From contig OZ237767.1 in assembly GCA_965178125.1 (NCBI GenBank), forward strand, positions 558,001 to 622,000: 64,000 bases of DNA. Direction: 5' to 3'. The notes beneath the pieces were generated by a model. The model was not told the origin of the DNA. It did not search any database and was given only the letters and a program-made list of their open reading frames with translations. The DNA is from Bilabrum cf. latius (Eukaryota). The position numbers were made by a program, and so were the translations under genes. This document shows, in pieces, positions 34,669 through 47,205 of this stretch (its first letter is position 1; every line of letters starts with the position of its first letter).

Positions 34669-35826
34669 ATGAGTAAGAGAGGAAAGAAAAAAGATAATGA
34701 TATTAATGAGTCAAGTTTTGGATTTAATACGAAGTCTATCACGAACGATTTAATGAAGCCGATAAAGAAACCGAAAGGATTGAATTATGTTAAATATTAT
34801 AAACCTACTAAAGAGGGGCTTATCCAATAGGCTGATTTATTGTATCTCCCTTACGCTACCAAGAACGATTCAAAATATTTATTAGTTGTGATAGATACGA
34901 GCGGGTTAGCGTTAGATTTTGAAGAGTTAAAGGATAGAGGGGCGGAGGATGTGATAAAAGCTTTTCAAAAAATCTATAAAAGAAATTATTTAATGAAACC
35001 TAAAATGATACGAACAGATAAAGGGGGAGAATTTGATAATGAATTATTTAAAGAATATCTAAAGAAGAATAAGATAGAGCATATATTTTCAAGAGTGAAG
35101 CGTAAATCGTAGATGGCTTTAGTGGAGAGATTGAATGAGGAAATAGGGAGAGCTATATTTTATTATTTGAATTCATAGGAGATAAGAACGGGGACAACTA
35201 TCACGAACTGGAGACATTTAATACCAAAATTGAGGGAGATATTAAACGAGCGTTATAAAACAAGATAGGAAATGTTGAATAAGAAAAGGGAGAATCTACC
35301 ATATATACCGCCTAGATGTTAGGGTGAAGTATGTGATGTATTAAATGAGGGTGAAATGGTAAGAATAGGATTAGATTATCCTAGAAGTATAGAAGGGATA
35401 AAGGAAACCGGAGCATTTAGGGCGGGAGATATTAAATATAGCGTAAAGCCTTATAAAATTGAAAGAGTAATAATAAAACCAGATAACCCCCCATTATATA
35501 AAATTGAGGGCATACCCTATACATACTTTAATAGAGATTAGTTGTTATTAGCATCTAAACCATACGAGAATAAAGCACAAGATATATTTATAATTGAAAA
35601 ATTGATAAGAAAGAATAAAAATAATACATACAGGGTTAAATGGAAAGATTCATATGTTGATGAGGCTACTAAAAGAAAATATTAGAATGATATAGGTAAA
35701 ATAATAAAGAGAAGAAAGAATCAAGAGGGACAAGATGAATATTTAATTCAATGGAAGATAACAACGGAGCCGGCTAAAAATATATCAAAAACTCTAAAGG
35801 ATAATTTTAATAATAAGACTAAATAA
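34669..35826 (+). CDS. Retroviral-type (rve) DDE integrase with C-terminal chromodomain-like region (~385 aa)
   Basis: IQ*ADLLYLP (D), KYLLVVID, IRTDKGGEFDN (D), KS*MALVERLN (E), GEMVRI; C-terminal IEKLI..YRVKWK and IGKII..EYLIQWK..TEP. * = TAG. Confidence 0.92.
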
Positions 35827-35862
35827 ATATTATTAATTTATATTTTAATAATATTCAAATAA

Positions 35863-36480
35863 TTACACTCTGTAGGTCATATTATAGACTGACATAACCA
35901 TCTATGAAAGCCCTTCAAACGTATTATACACGCTATACTCATTAGGGTTAAAACTTTTCAAAAATTCAGCTCGTGAATGTCTTGCTACATCCTTATCTTC
36001 ATTATCTAAATCTTTATGGATTTTGCTATACAGTTTATCGCTGGGTATAGCTACGCATATGCTGGATTTTTTGAATATTTCTTGTGCTAGTTCAAAATCA
36101 CTTGTTAAAAAGACTGCTCTATGTTCTGCTTTCTATAACCAATTTTTCTTTACAGACTCAATACTTTTTTTCATAAGTTCAAATTTTAATAATTTAGCCG
36201 TTGATAAGTCCCCTCTTCGTTCTGCTTCGTTTAGGTATAAAACCTGTTTGGTGTCAGCATTAACTTTAAGGACTTCATCTAAATCAACTAATAGAATATT
36301 CGGGTCTATAGACGTTAAACTTTTGTTAAGTGAACTTTTACCTCCTTTTCGTGGAAGGACTAAACACAATTTTTTACGATTCGCAAGTGAGGAACATAAG
36401 TTCCAAAGGAAGCATCCCGCATATCCTAGAGGAACCAACACCCCACCAACCGTGCTTGCTGTTGCTACTAACTCTGCCAT
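35863..36480 (-). CDS. P-loop NTPase/kinase-like protein with hydrophobic N-terminus (~205 aa)
   Basis: LCLVLPRKGGKSSL (degenerate Walker A), ILLVDLDE. Open through two TAGs to TAA at 35863. Confidence 0.55.
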
Positions 36481-36525
36481 TATATATATCTATACAAAAC
36501 AAAATATTATTATCCTATAGACTAA

Positions 36526-38604
36526 TTATTTTAATAATCTTAGTTTTTCAAAGTGTTGATATAAGATTTGTTTTACCTTGTCCTTCACATTATGATTACC
36601 TTTACCACCGGCTATATTAAAATATTCTTGTTCAATTTGTCCTCCTTTATGCTTGCCACATCCACAACTACCGCCCCTATTCTATGTTTTTATTTTCTAA
36701 TCAATAATTAAATTAATAGCTTTCATTAACATATTATAAGGGTCTTTATTTCCAAAACCTTGAGCTGGTGGTGAATATGTCCATTGAGGCTTCCCGCTTA
36801 ATTCATATCCCGTATCGTTTAGTCTTGATTTTGCTAATGTTCTATCACTTCTGGTTGCTCTTCCTTCTGTATTTGCTCTAGCTACTAAAGACCTAACAGC
36901 ATCAGTTGATAAATTAGGTTGTAAGACTCCGGCTTTAAGCCTTCGTATAATATATTTTAAAGTGTTAATTGTTGGGCTGGCGTCTGTTGGATTTATTCCT
37001 CTTGCTTTTAACTATGATAATATTTCATTTTTATTGCCTTTAGCATTTATTGATTGTCCTATTGATTTGGCTATTTCATCATCTGTTTTCTGTGGTTCTT
37101 GTGGTTCTGCTGGTTCTTGTGCTGGTTCTGCTGGTTGTGCTTGTTGTGCTGGTTCTACGGCTTCTCCATCTCTTGGTTCTTCATCTGGGGCTCCCCTCCG
37201 TTCTCTAGCTTGTCTTTCTTTTTCTTCTTGTTGTCTTTGTGCTTCATCTCGTTCTGCCTGTGCTTGTCTTTGTCTGAATTGAACTTCTGTAAGTTGTCTT
37301 CCAAATTCATCTGTAATAGGTTCTCCATCTTCATCTACTGCCATCGCTTCACCTTTTCCTCTGTCTTGACCTGCGGGGGGTGCTTGTGGTTGTGAGCCTG
37401 TTTTTCCTGTTAAATAACTGATACCATCCATAACCGATTGTCCTAAAGAACCAAATGTGCTTTGTTGTTGTTCTGGTGATTGTCCTTGTTCTTGTTCTGG
37501 TGATTGTCCTTGTGGTTCTGGTGATGCTTGTAAGAATCCACTAGGTGGAACTGGTGCGGGTGATACTTTTGAAAACTAGCCTGATAAATTTCTACTGGCG
37601 TTCTCCCCTTCTTCTTCTTGTCCTGATGATTGTGATGCCTCTTGTTCTTGTGCTTTTTGTTTAAGTTCTGATAATTTCTTCTAAGCACTTTTTATAAAAT
37701 CAACTTTAGACCGTCCTTTTACACCTTTAACATTTGACTCTCTAAGTATTTTTGCTAGTTCGGTTTTCTTTGGTGCTTTTCTACTACTTGAAGGATTGGC
37801 GTTTGCTACTCTTTCAAGTGCTTCAATTTGTTCTTGTAGTTCTGGGCTTAATGCTTCTTGTGGTGTTGGAGGGGGTTTTGGTCTTGGTTCTGGTGGCGGT
37901 TGCGGGTTATCTGGTTCAGGTCTATCAGGTTGCGGGTCATCTCTTTGCTATTGTTGAACGGCTTCAGGAGGATTTAAAACATCCTATAAAGCATTAACAG
38001 CGTCATCAACTTTTGTTAATTGTGAAACATTCTATCCTTGGGGGGTTTTCGTGATTCCAGCTTGTCGTAAAGCGTTTCGTATTTGAACTGCTTTTAATCC
38101 TCTCATATCGCTTGGTAATTGTTCTAATACTGCGTCCCGTTGTGCTTTAGTGGTTGTAAATAATCTCATATTAATATTTTTAATTCCATCAAATACCTTT
38201 TTCTTATCGCTTGCTGGTCCTACTACCTACCTTACATTAATATTATTAATGGTATCTACAACCTATCTTTTTAATTTATCCGGTAAATCTGGATTTCTAT
38301 TTATAAATGATTGTAAATTTTCTATTTGATAAATTGGTAATTCTTTTTTAGCGTTCATAGTCTTAATATTTTTAATAATATTTTCAATTCCTTGTTGTTG
38401 TTGTTGTCTTTCAATTCTAACATCAATAGGAACATAATTAGCACGAAGGAAAGCATCATCTTTTAGGGTTTTTCTTCTGGCTTCTGCTTCATCTTCTTCT
38501 TGCTATATCATTAATCTAACTTGTGGGTCATTTTGTATCCTAAGTTGATTAGACCGTTTCTACATAATACCCTTCAGTAAATCATTAATTGTATTGTTTG
38601 ACAT
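36526..38604 (-). CDS. Large Gln/Glu/Pro-rich protein (~692 aa), possible virion core precursor
   Basis: A single frame once TAG is sense (includes CAA CAA TAG CAA). C-terminal di-glycine motifs NRGG, HKGG, IAGG. Confidence 0.7.
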
Positions 38605-38681
38605 TGTATATATATATTATTAATGATATAATTAATAATTTATAAACTTAAGAGATAATATGTCAATTGGTAGGCTGTCTT

Positions 38682-39062
38682 TTAAAATGAAATATCCTTA
38701 TTCATAAGGTCGTGTTTCTTTATAAAGGAATTGCTGGCTTTCATAGTCATTCCCTTTTGACGGCACCATTTCATTAATTTATCCCTCTTTAACTATTTAG
38801 CACTACGGGGCTTTTTAGCTTTAGGGGCTTTCTTTGAACCCTTCTTTTTTCCTCCAATATAATTAACACTACCAGCAAGGACATTAGCTGAGCCGGCAAT
38901 CAAAGCTCCCCCTTTTGTCTTTCCTTTTGTGGTTGCGTTTAATATTTGGTTTGCGGTATCTTCAACCATTTTATCAATTTCTTTTTTATAATCATTTCTG
39001 TTTATTCCAAGATGATGAAGGCTTTTATTTGTCATATCATTTATGCTCTATTTAACGCTCAT
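38682..39062 (-). CDS. Small basic core/DNA-condensing protein-like (~126 aa)
   Basis: TKGG..IAGS..LAGS..YIGG followed by a Lys-rich tract and RDKLMKWCRQKGMTMKASNSFIKKHDL, resembling a motif recalled from virophage core proteins. Confidence 0.6.
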
Positions 39063-39119
39063 ATTATTGTATATATTGGGTATATATAATTTGTTATTTA
39101 TCCATACTTATAATATATA

Positions 39120-39935
39120 ATGAAAATTAATGAATTGACACAAGCTTATTTTAATGAATACGAGAACGATATATTTGATGAGGTGAATTTTAAGAAGGGG
39201 GCTAATTTATTTTTAAATGGTTCGTATGCTATTCCTTATTATTCCTTGTTTGCTAGTGATATAGATTTATATTAGAGGGTAGAGCCTGAATTTATAAATA
39301 GTTTAATAAGATTTGTAAAGGTTTTTATAAGTTAGGTTAATTTTATTGAGGTTAAAGCTGGTAATAAAAAATACAAGACCATAAAAGCATTCATATCTAC
39401 ACCCGTTAAAACCATTTATAAATAGATATTTAGCGGAGATAAACCATACTTAAAAATTGATTTTTGGGCTTTTGATGGAAAATTTATAGATGAAATAAGC
39501 ATAATTTATCATATAAGTGATTATGAAATAGATTAGGACGAGGTAAAAGATGGATTAATAAGAGATGTAGATAAATATTTTGGTTCTAATAATTTTAAAG
39601 TATTAAAACGATTGAAGGATTTATTTAAATTAAGAGGTGAGAAGAGGAATGAAAAAAGAGTCAATGATTTAATTGATAGGGAAGCATTAGGATATTTATA
39701 TTCCATAAGAATGCGATTAGAAAGTATGCTAAGAATAAAAGGACATCAAAGCGAGAAGTCAAAATCATTTCAAAGCCTAAAAGGACTAATGAGAAAAGCA
39801 TTAGGAAATGTGGAAATAATAAAACAATTTTCAAAGTATTCTAAAGCAAATATTAATAAGATAATATCGTGGATTGACCAATACATAAATAGGAAAACAC
39901 GGGCGGAAATTAAAAATATAATTATGTCTCTATAA
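39120..39935 (+). CDS. Nucleotidyltransferase-like virophage protein (~271 aa)
   Basis: LNGSYAIPYYSLFASDIDLY (GS...DxD, Pol-beta-like), IEVKAG, LKIDF. Resembles the Sputnik V21-type 'transferase'. Confidence 0.6.
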
Positions 39936-40027
39936 CTTTTTTTGTGAGGAAGGATAGAAGAAGGAACCAACTTAATATTTTAAACCCGTGTGAATAAATG
40001 GTTTATTTTATTTTATTATTATATATA

Positions 40028-41098
40028 ATGCTATCTTTACAATATACGGAAAATAGCCATATTGTAGCTATTCAAAAATACAAAAAAACACAATAGAACC
40101 GGTTTATTTATTACGACCCGAACGCTAAAGATATTCAACACGTCAAAGCGGAAGAGATAACAGATGATGTTTTAAAATCTTATTACGGAGAAAGCCGAGT
40201 AAGATATAACGTTGATAAGGACAAGAAAAGGGAACAATTACATAAACTATTACAAGATGAATATATACGGTCAGTTTAGGAATTTGCGATTAAAGATAAT
40301 AGTCAATATTTACCTTTTCCTATGCTCTTTCCATAGGGGCGTGAATATGTGCGATTATTTGGTAAGAGTGGAAGCGGGAAAAGTCATTTAGCTTTACATT
40401 ATATAAGGATGTATAGAGGATTAAAATATAAAAATATGTATGTTATATCACCAATTCAAGACCCTAAATATAAAAGAGAAGGCGCGACCTTCATTGATAT
40501 AGATGATTTGGTTAAAGAGAATGAAAACACTTTATATAAGGAAAAAATGGCTTATTATAAAAAAATGAAATTAGAATTTAAATATAAGAAATCTTCTTTG
40601 ATGAAATCTAAACCTTTAGATGTTGTTATTGAAGCTGAAAGAAAGATAGAGGATTTGAAACCTGAGAAAGATTTAATAGAAAAAGGTTTTAAATTAAATG
40701 TTGAGTTTTTTAAAAAATTGACCGCTGAACCTAATTTATTTATTCTGGATGATTACGAAGGCTTTAAAAAAAGGAACCAGAAAGCAAAGGCTTATTTTTT
40801 ATTGGAAATCCTAGCAACTACAGGAAGGCACACAGCAAGTAGCGTTTTAGACATCACCCACAAAATAAGCGACGGTATGAAGACACGAACCATTATGAAC
40901 GAAATTACAACCCATATCATTTATAAAACAATTACAGCTAAAAGTTTAAAATATATTTTAGAAACAGTCTTAAGTTTTGACGCTCCTACTAGAAAACGAA
41001 TTAAAAAAACCCTTCATTCTCTCCCTCTCTTTGGTTATGTTGCTATTAATGTTGATAATAATTATGTAGTTAGCACAAAAAAAATATTTCTCTATTGA
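40028..41098 (+). CDS. FtsK/HerA (A32-like) genome packaging ATPase (~356 aa)
   Basis: Walker A GKSGSGKS, Walker B LFILDD, TTGRH arginine finger. N-terminus restored through TAGs. Confidence 0.9.
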
Positions 41099-41106
41099 AT
41101 ATATAA

Positions 41107-41682
41107 ATGAACATAAACGACTTAAATAGACTAGTCCAAACACCGTTATCTCCTTTAGAAATTCAAAAATTAGGTGTAGCACATTTGAATTACAAACCTA
41201 GAATAGTTATTTACGATGATATTATTAAATAGACCTCATCTATTGAACATATTTTTGATGGTTATGACGGCGTAATTATTTATTATCCTAATAAAAAGAC
41301 GGGACTAAATAGCACATACGGTCATTATTGCGCTCTTACTTAGGACGAAAATAATAAAACTATTTATTTTTTTGATAGCTATGGAGAAAAACCCGACCAA
41401 TAGAAACCATTTATTAATAGAAACCAATTGTATCAAGGAGAAGGAGAAGAGAACACACTAGTTAAATATTTATTGACGTAGAAATTACACGGCTGGAAAA
41501 TTGACTATAATAATAAACCTATTTAGAGTTATGCTAATTAGAGTGCTACTTGTGGAAGATGGGCATTATTAAGAACTGTTTTCTCATTCTTAACTAATGA
41601 TTAGTTTGTAAATGAAATGTTTAGAATATCCAAAATTATGGCTCTTAGTCCTGATTAGTTAGTGGCGTTGCTTCTACATTGA
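41107..41682 (+). CDS. Adenain/Ulp1-like capsid maturation cysteine protease (191 aa; 8 in-frame TAGs; absent from the ORF track)
   Basis: YGHYCAL (His), YFFDSYG (Asp), I*SYAN*SATCGRW (oxyanion Gln encoded by TAG 41524-41526, catalytic Cys). Confidence 0.92.
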
Positions 41683-41689
41683 ATACCCC

Positions 41690-41885
41690 GCCCTTCTAAT
41701 AAAAGGGCTAGAATAAAATAATAAAATATGATTATCTCTAAAATAAAATCCATACGATGGCTATATCCACAAATTGCGTATATATTATAGTGTTTTCTAG
41801 CAAAACGTGGATGTAGGGCCTCTTGTGAAGGTGAAATGAAGATATAAGCCCTTTTATTTAGAAAAGTTCCATCGTTTTAGAAGGG
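41690..41885 (+). repeat. Internal copy of the TIR-related non-coding element (48-bp palindromic core at 41765-41812)
   Basis: tacgatggctatatccacaaattgcgta...tagcaaaacgtggatgtag..ctcttgtgaaggtg matches TIR 31113-31245. Confidence 0.85.
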
Positions 41886-42018
41886 CTATTTTTCATCCAT
41901 CTAAATTCAATCAAACTTTTAAATATATTGGTAAAAGTGAAGGGTAAAAATCAAGGTGAAATATTAGATAAGGTTTATTAATAAATATTTATTTGTATAG
42001 CTTTAATATATAAATAAA

Positions 42019-42972
42019 ATGAGTTATAGCGATGAATTTGTAAGATTGAATTTAGTTAGTTCATCTGTCCCCCACAATTAGACGAGATAGGCGGTAGTGA
42101 ATGAAACCCGTGAAGGCTTAATATTAAAACAAAGTGAAAATTATTTAACGGCTGTTGAAGAGATGGATTTAAATAAATTTATGCTACCGGTGTTTAAACC
42201 TGAATATTAGGATGACAGCGGTAAAACCTATTTAAAATTTACTCTTGAGAATAAAACATCAGGAGCCAGAGCAGGCGATTATATAGTTCTAGGTAAAAAA
42301 GCTAAATTTTATTATTCATATTAGGATATTGTAAATGAATTTAATGAAGAGTTAAGCCGAATTTGTGATTTGGTAAGCCTTCCAAGTGGTGATAAACCAT
42401 TCTTTAAATTTGAAAATAATAAATGGAGTTTATCAACAACTGAAGATTTTAGAGATAATTATTATTTATTTGTTAATTTTGAAGCTTTTGCTTTATTTGA
42501 TAAATTTGAATATGAAGGAATAACAACCACACCGAGTGATTTATTTGCTAAACTTTCATATAATAATTCCCCTGCTAGTGGTGATTATGTTTTTATGGCT
42601 AGATAGACGAATTTAAATTCTTGGTGCCCTGTTAAATCTATTATCGTAGAAAGTGATATTCCAGTGAATAAAGAATTGGTGACCACAAAATCATCTACTG
42701 GTGGCTCTATAGCCGTCAATAAATCCCCTATATTAACCAGCTACCCGTATAATCCTAATGACAGCTCACCAATAGAAAATATATTATATGTTTCTAATCC
42801 TTACCGCTGGTATTCAATGATGAAGGATAGAAGCTTTAAGAGCGTGTCAATGGCGTTCTACTGGGTTGATAAACAAAATGAAAAGTATCCCGTAATGAAT
42901 TTTAACGGGGGTGAAGCTCACATTAAACAAGTATTTAAAAAACAAACCGATAATTTAAGTTTAGATTTTTAA
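42019..42972 (+). CDS. Minor capsid protein (penton), ~317 aa
   Basis: NETREGLIL...NYLTAV...LPVFKP, SWCPVKSIIVESDIPV, YRWYSM, FYWVDK. Located directly upstream of the MCP. Confidence 0.85.
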
Positions 42973-43043
42973 ATAAATTATAGAAGATTATAAAATATGT
43001 TTAGATATTAAAAAATTTATATCTATAGTGTATATATAAAAAA

Positions 43044-44933
43044 ATGGCTCAACAAATGGTTCAGAATTTACCAGTAAGCATTAAGGCTCCTAAAAGCCTT
43101 CAAATGATAACCCCTGAAGATGCTAGTTTAGGAACAGAACTAGGTGTTCAAAAATATACCCGCCGAGAAATTAGACCATCATCTAATCAATCTAATTCTC
43201 TTCTTCCCCTTTCTTTCCCCGTTAATCCTACTAGTAAAACCGTATCAAGGTTTATTCGTCTTCGTCATCGTATGACAGTTAGGCTACAACTAGAGCAAGC
43301 AGTACCAGCTCAAACTGCGGGAGGTGATGCTATTACCGCTCAATCTTATCTTAAATCTAGGTTTGGAACTAATTCATTACCTACCTTTAAAATGCTTCAA
43401 GGTGGTGTTTTAACAATTAATGGATAGCCTTTTACAGTAAAAGTTTATGAATGGGCTGAACCTACTGAAGTTATGAACAGTGAAGAAACCTTATCCACAA
43501 TCTCACCCGTTGGACGCCCTGACACTGTTGGTGATTATCGTGAAGTAAGTGATACCCTTAAAAATCCTTTAGCTTGGGGTTAGGATGTTGGATATAGTGC
43601 CGGTGATAGCTTTAGTTATCGTGGAGCATATGGGAATGCTTTTACGACTGTAAGTGCTGATTTCGTTGCGGGTAATAGAGACCAAATTGATTGGACTATT
43701 GATTTTCAAGAAGCTATACCACTAAAAGGAGCAGATGTTGATGTGAATGCTAAATATTTCACCGGTGTGAGAAGCCTTCAGGTTGATTTAGATTATCACG
43801 TAAATGCCATTCAAAGACTGTGTAAGGCTAGTTTTACAAAAGATAACGGAGATATTAACAAAATAACGGGTTAGTCAATTATAGGAGAAACAAATACGAC
43901 CCTTCTTGTTGATGAAGTTGAATTTTAGAGTGGATACGCCCCCCCGACTCGTTGTATGTATAATATGCCTACAATTAAATTTTAGTCTTAGGCGCCTGTC
44001 CCTGTACCTAAATCCGCAACTGAAAATTCTTTAACTTCTTTTGATTATCAATTATCCCGTGAGAATGGTATCCCTAGTGCTATTATGGTATGTGCCCGCC
44101 TTGTTGGTTGTGATGATAACCCTAACTGGGCTAATAGAACTTTACCAATTAGAAGAATAGGTTTCTCACTCAATGGAAGCGCTGAGGAATTAGGGGCTGT
44201 AGATAATCCACACGAATTATATAGAATTAGTAGAAAGAACGGATATGCTCTTCCTCCTTCATCCTTTTATGGTTCATCAATTGATGGAAGTGATGGAAAC
44301 CGCGGTACTGGTTGTTATATGATTTTAAAACCTTCAGATGTTGCTACACTTGCTGGTGTTCAATCTAATGTAAATACTGGATTTAATCTTAAAGTTAATC
44401 TTCAGTGCTTCAACCCTTATAATAAATATGCGGATGGTGCGTATGAGGATAAATACGAGATAAAAGTATGGATGTTTTATGATAATGTTCTTGTGAATGA
44501 TAACGGTGTCTATACTGAGTCTGGCGCCCTTATTGAGCCTTCTAAAGTGCTTTCTGAACTTGCTAAACGTGGTGATGCTGAAAGTGGTTCTAAAGGTTTC
44601 TAGCCTGTATTTGAGGATTTAGATAATTATGCTAATGTTATGGGTGGAAAAGGTCGTTTCTGGTCTAAGATTGGACGAGCCTTTAAACACGGATGGAACA
44701 AGGTTAAAGATTGGGCAAAAAGTGATTAGGCTAAAAACCTAGCGAAAACCATTAGGAATATAGGACCACTCAAAAGTCTAACAGGAGACAATAGCGCTAT
44801 TGGCAAAGCGGCGGCACATTATGGATATGGAAATAGTGGAGGAGAATTAAATAAATTAGGAGGGAAACTTACGATGCGTGGAGGTGCGGCAATGAAAACA
44901 GACGATCTTGAGGCCCTTTTGAGTACGAGTTGA
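43044..44933 (+). CDS. Virophage-type major capsid protein (~629 aa) with di-glycine-cleavable C-terminal extension
   Basis: One frame through TAGs. VSRFIRL, IPSAIMVCAR, LPIRRI, ELYRISRKNG and GFNLKVNL match the virophage MCP pattern. Tail VMGG-KGRFWSKIGRAFK; TGA at 44933. Confidence 0.9.
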
Positions 44934-45026
44934 ATCAAAGTCAATTATTTATATAAACTACCGCCTTTAAGTGTTTGGAAAAAAGGCGGACTTAAATGTA
45001 TATTACCATAACTAATATACATAAAA

Positions 45027-45812
45027 ATGGCGGACTATTCAAAAGGATACATCTATAGAATTGATAGCGAACATTGTGAGCTTCCATATATTGGTTCATC
45101 AATTATGAATAAAGAAAAGAGGTTTAATATTCATAAGAAGGATTACAGATATTACAACGAGGGGCGAGAGAACTCTTTTTATATTTCTAGTTATGAAGTG
45201 GTTAAATATGATGACGCAAAAATTACAGTTATTGAGGATTTCCCTTGTGAAAATAAAAAACAATTAGAAGAGCGGGAGGGCTATTGGTAGAGGCAAATAG
45301 AATGTGTGAATATTAGAATAGCAGGAAGGAGCAAAAAGCAATACAGACAAGAGGAAAAGCAAAGGATAAAGGAAGCAAGACAGAAGCACTATCTAGAGAA
45401 CAAAGAGAAAATAATTCAAAAGTGTAAAGAGTATGTAGCAAATCATAAAGAGGAGACAGCAGAGAGAAAAAGAAAATGGGCTGAAGATAATAAGGAAAAA
45501 TTGAAAGATTATAGGAAAAAATACGCAAAAGACAACGCTGAAAAGATAAAAGCGTATAGAAAAGAGAGACGGGAGCATTATAATGAATTGTAGAGAGAAA
45601 GAAGGAGAAAATAGAGAGAGGCGGAAGGTAAAGAACCAATATAGAAGCTAACCCCTGAAGAGAAAAAAGCTAGAAAAAAAGCTTAGAACAATAGAGAGGT
45701 CATTTGTGAATTTTGTGGTGCTAAGTCTAACGTAGGACATATAAGAAGACATCAAAGAACGAAGAAATGTCAAGCGATACAACAGGAATTAAAGGACAAA
45801 GAAACAAGCTAA
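45027..45812 (+). CDS. GIY-YIG nuclease-family protein with coiled region and C-terminal zinc finger (~261 aa)
   Basis: KGYIYRI...PYIGSS..KRFNIH..EREGYW; C-terminal CEFCG...RHQRTKKC. Confidence 0.85.
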
Positions 45813-45899
45813 GCAATTCAATCAATTAAATAATCCTTTAAGCTATAGAACTGCGTTTAAAATGACTTAAATATATATTAACTAACTAATATATATCAA

Positions 45900-46190
45900 A
45901 TGGAAAAGTTAAATAAAATTATTGAGAATCTACCGCCTACACACGATGTCTATATCCAGACAGAAATTGATGGAGTTTTGACCGTAATTTTTACAAACAG
46001 TGATTAGGTAAAAGAAATCACCAAGCAATTAAAAAAAGACAGTAGAGAGAAGCTATTATATCTCAAATATTCAACCTATAAATGTATTATATAGACGAGG
46101 AATAAGTATAGAGATGATGACATTGTACTTCATTATTTGGCTGTTTGTCTGTTAGAAAAGAAACCCATTCAATTATATAAGGCAAGATAA
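45900..46190 (+). CDS. Hypothetical virophage protein (96 aa)
   Basis: ATG 29 nt after the promoter motif; open through two TAGs to TAA. Confidence 0.65.
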
Positions 46191-46331
46191 TCATTTTATT
46201 AATTAATATTATGAAATTATTAATTATTATAATCATCTATATCAATAGTGTCTATTTTTTAAGCCCCTTTTTTATAATAAAACGCGTTTAAAATGACTTA
46301 AAGATTATATTATATAGATATTATATAGAGA

Positions 46332-46883
46332 ATGTGTAAAAAGTGTATTGAACAAATATAGGAACATACCGGTAATATAAAATGGATGGACATTTAGAAG
46401 AAATTAATTCATATTGGCTCAACCGTTATTCAAGGTGATAAATTGGGTAATTGTATTTGTGGGCACGAGATACGAACCGAGCACGAAATAGAGCATACCC
46501 CTAGTGGATATGTTTTTAAAGTGGGTTCTAGTTGTATAAAGTAGATGATAAAGGATAAAGAAAATCAAATTCGTAAAAAATGTTTATATTAGTGGTGTGG
46601 AATATGTAAAAAAGATGTCGCAAGAGACCGATATAATAAGCACTGTGAAGGAATAAGACATATTGAGTTAGAAAAGAAATAGAAAAAGTTAGAGGAAAAA
46701 AAGAGGAATGAAAAAAGATGTGATGTGTGTCTTTGTAAAATGCTTAGAGGTGATTGGAGGACAACCTGTAAGTCTTGTTATACGATTACAAAATATGGAA
46801 AAAAGGCGTGTAAAAAATGCGGAGTGTCTAGAATTAAAGATATGAAATATTCAATTTGTTATAAATGTCATATTGGTAAATAA
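46332..46883 (+). CDS. Multi-zinc-finger protein (183 aa)
   Basis: CICGHEI...VGSSCI, CGIC..HCEGIRH and several further CxxC pairs. Open through TAGs. Confidence 0.75.
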
Positions 46884-46949
46884 TAATTAGATATTAATGA
46901 TAAAATTAATATTTAACATATTGATGATGGGAGTTAGAAGGGGCTATAT

Positions 46950-47145
46950 TACAACCTTCTAAAGTGATGGAACTTTTGGGCTAGAAATACGTTATCAATC
47001 AAATCATCTTCATAAAACTAATCCATCCACGTTTTGCTAAATAATACATATACTAATACGCAATTTGTGGATATAGCCATCGTATGGATTTTAATATAGA
47101 GATAACCATATATATTTTAATATTCTAGCCCTTTTATTAGATGGT
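46950..47145 (-). repeat. Internal inverted copy of the TIR-related element (core 47025-47072)
   Basis: atccacgttttgctaaataatacatatactaatacgcaatttgtggat is identical to the right-TIR core 57480-57527. Confidence 0.85.
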
Positions 47146-47205
47146 CAAGGTGTTCAACTATTAATAAAGATATCATATTTAATATTAGTATAAATATTAA
47201 ATTAT

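Noticed and set aside
41107-41682. TAG as pyrrolysine, Leu, Glu or Tyr, or ciliate-type TAR=Gln
   Set aside because: Contexts (catalytic Gln, Gln runs, CAG/TAG repeat swap) point to Gln, and TAA consistently terminates genes.
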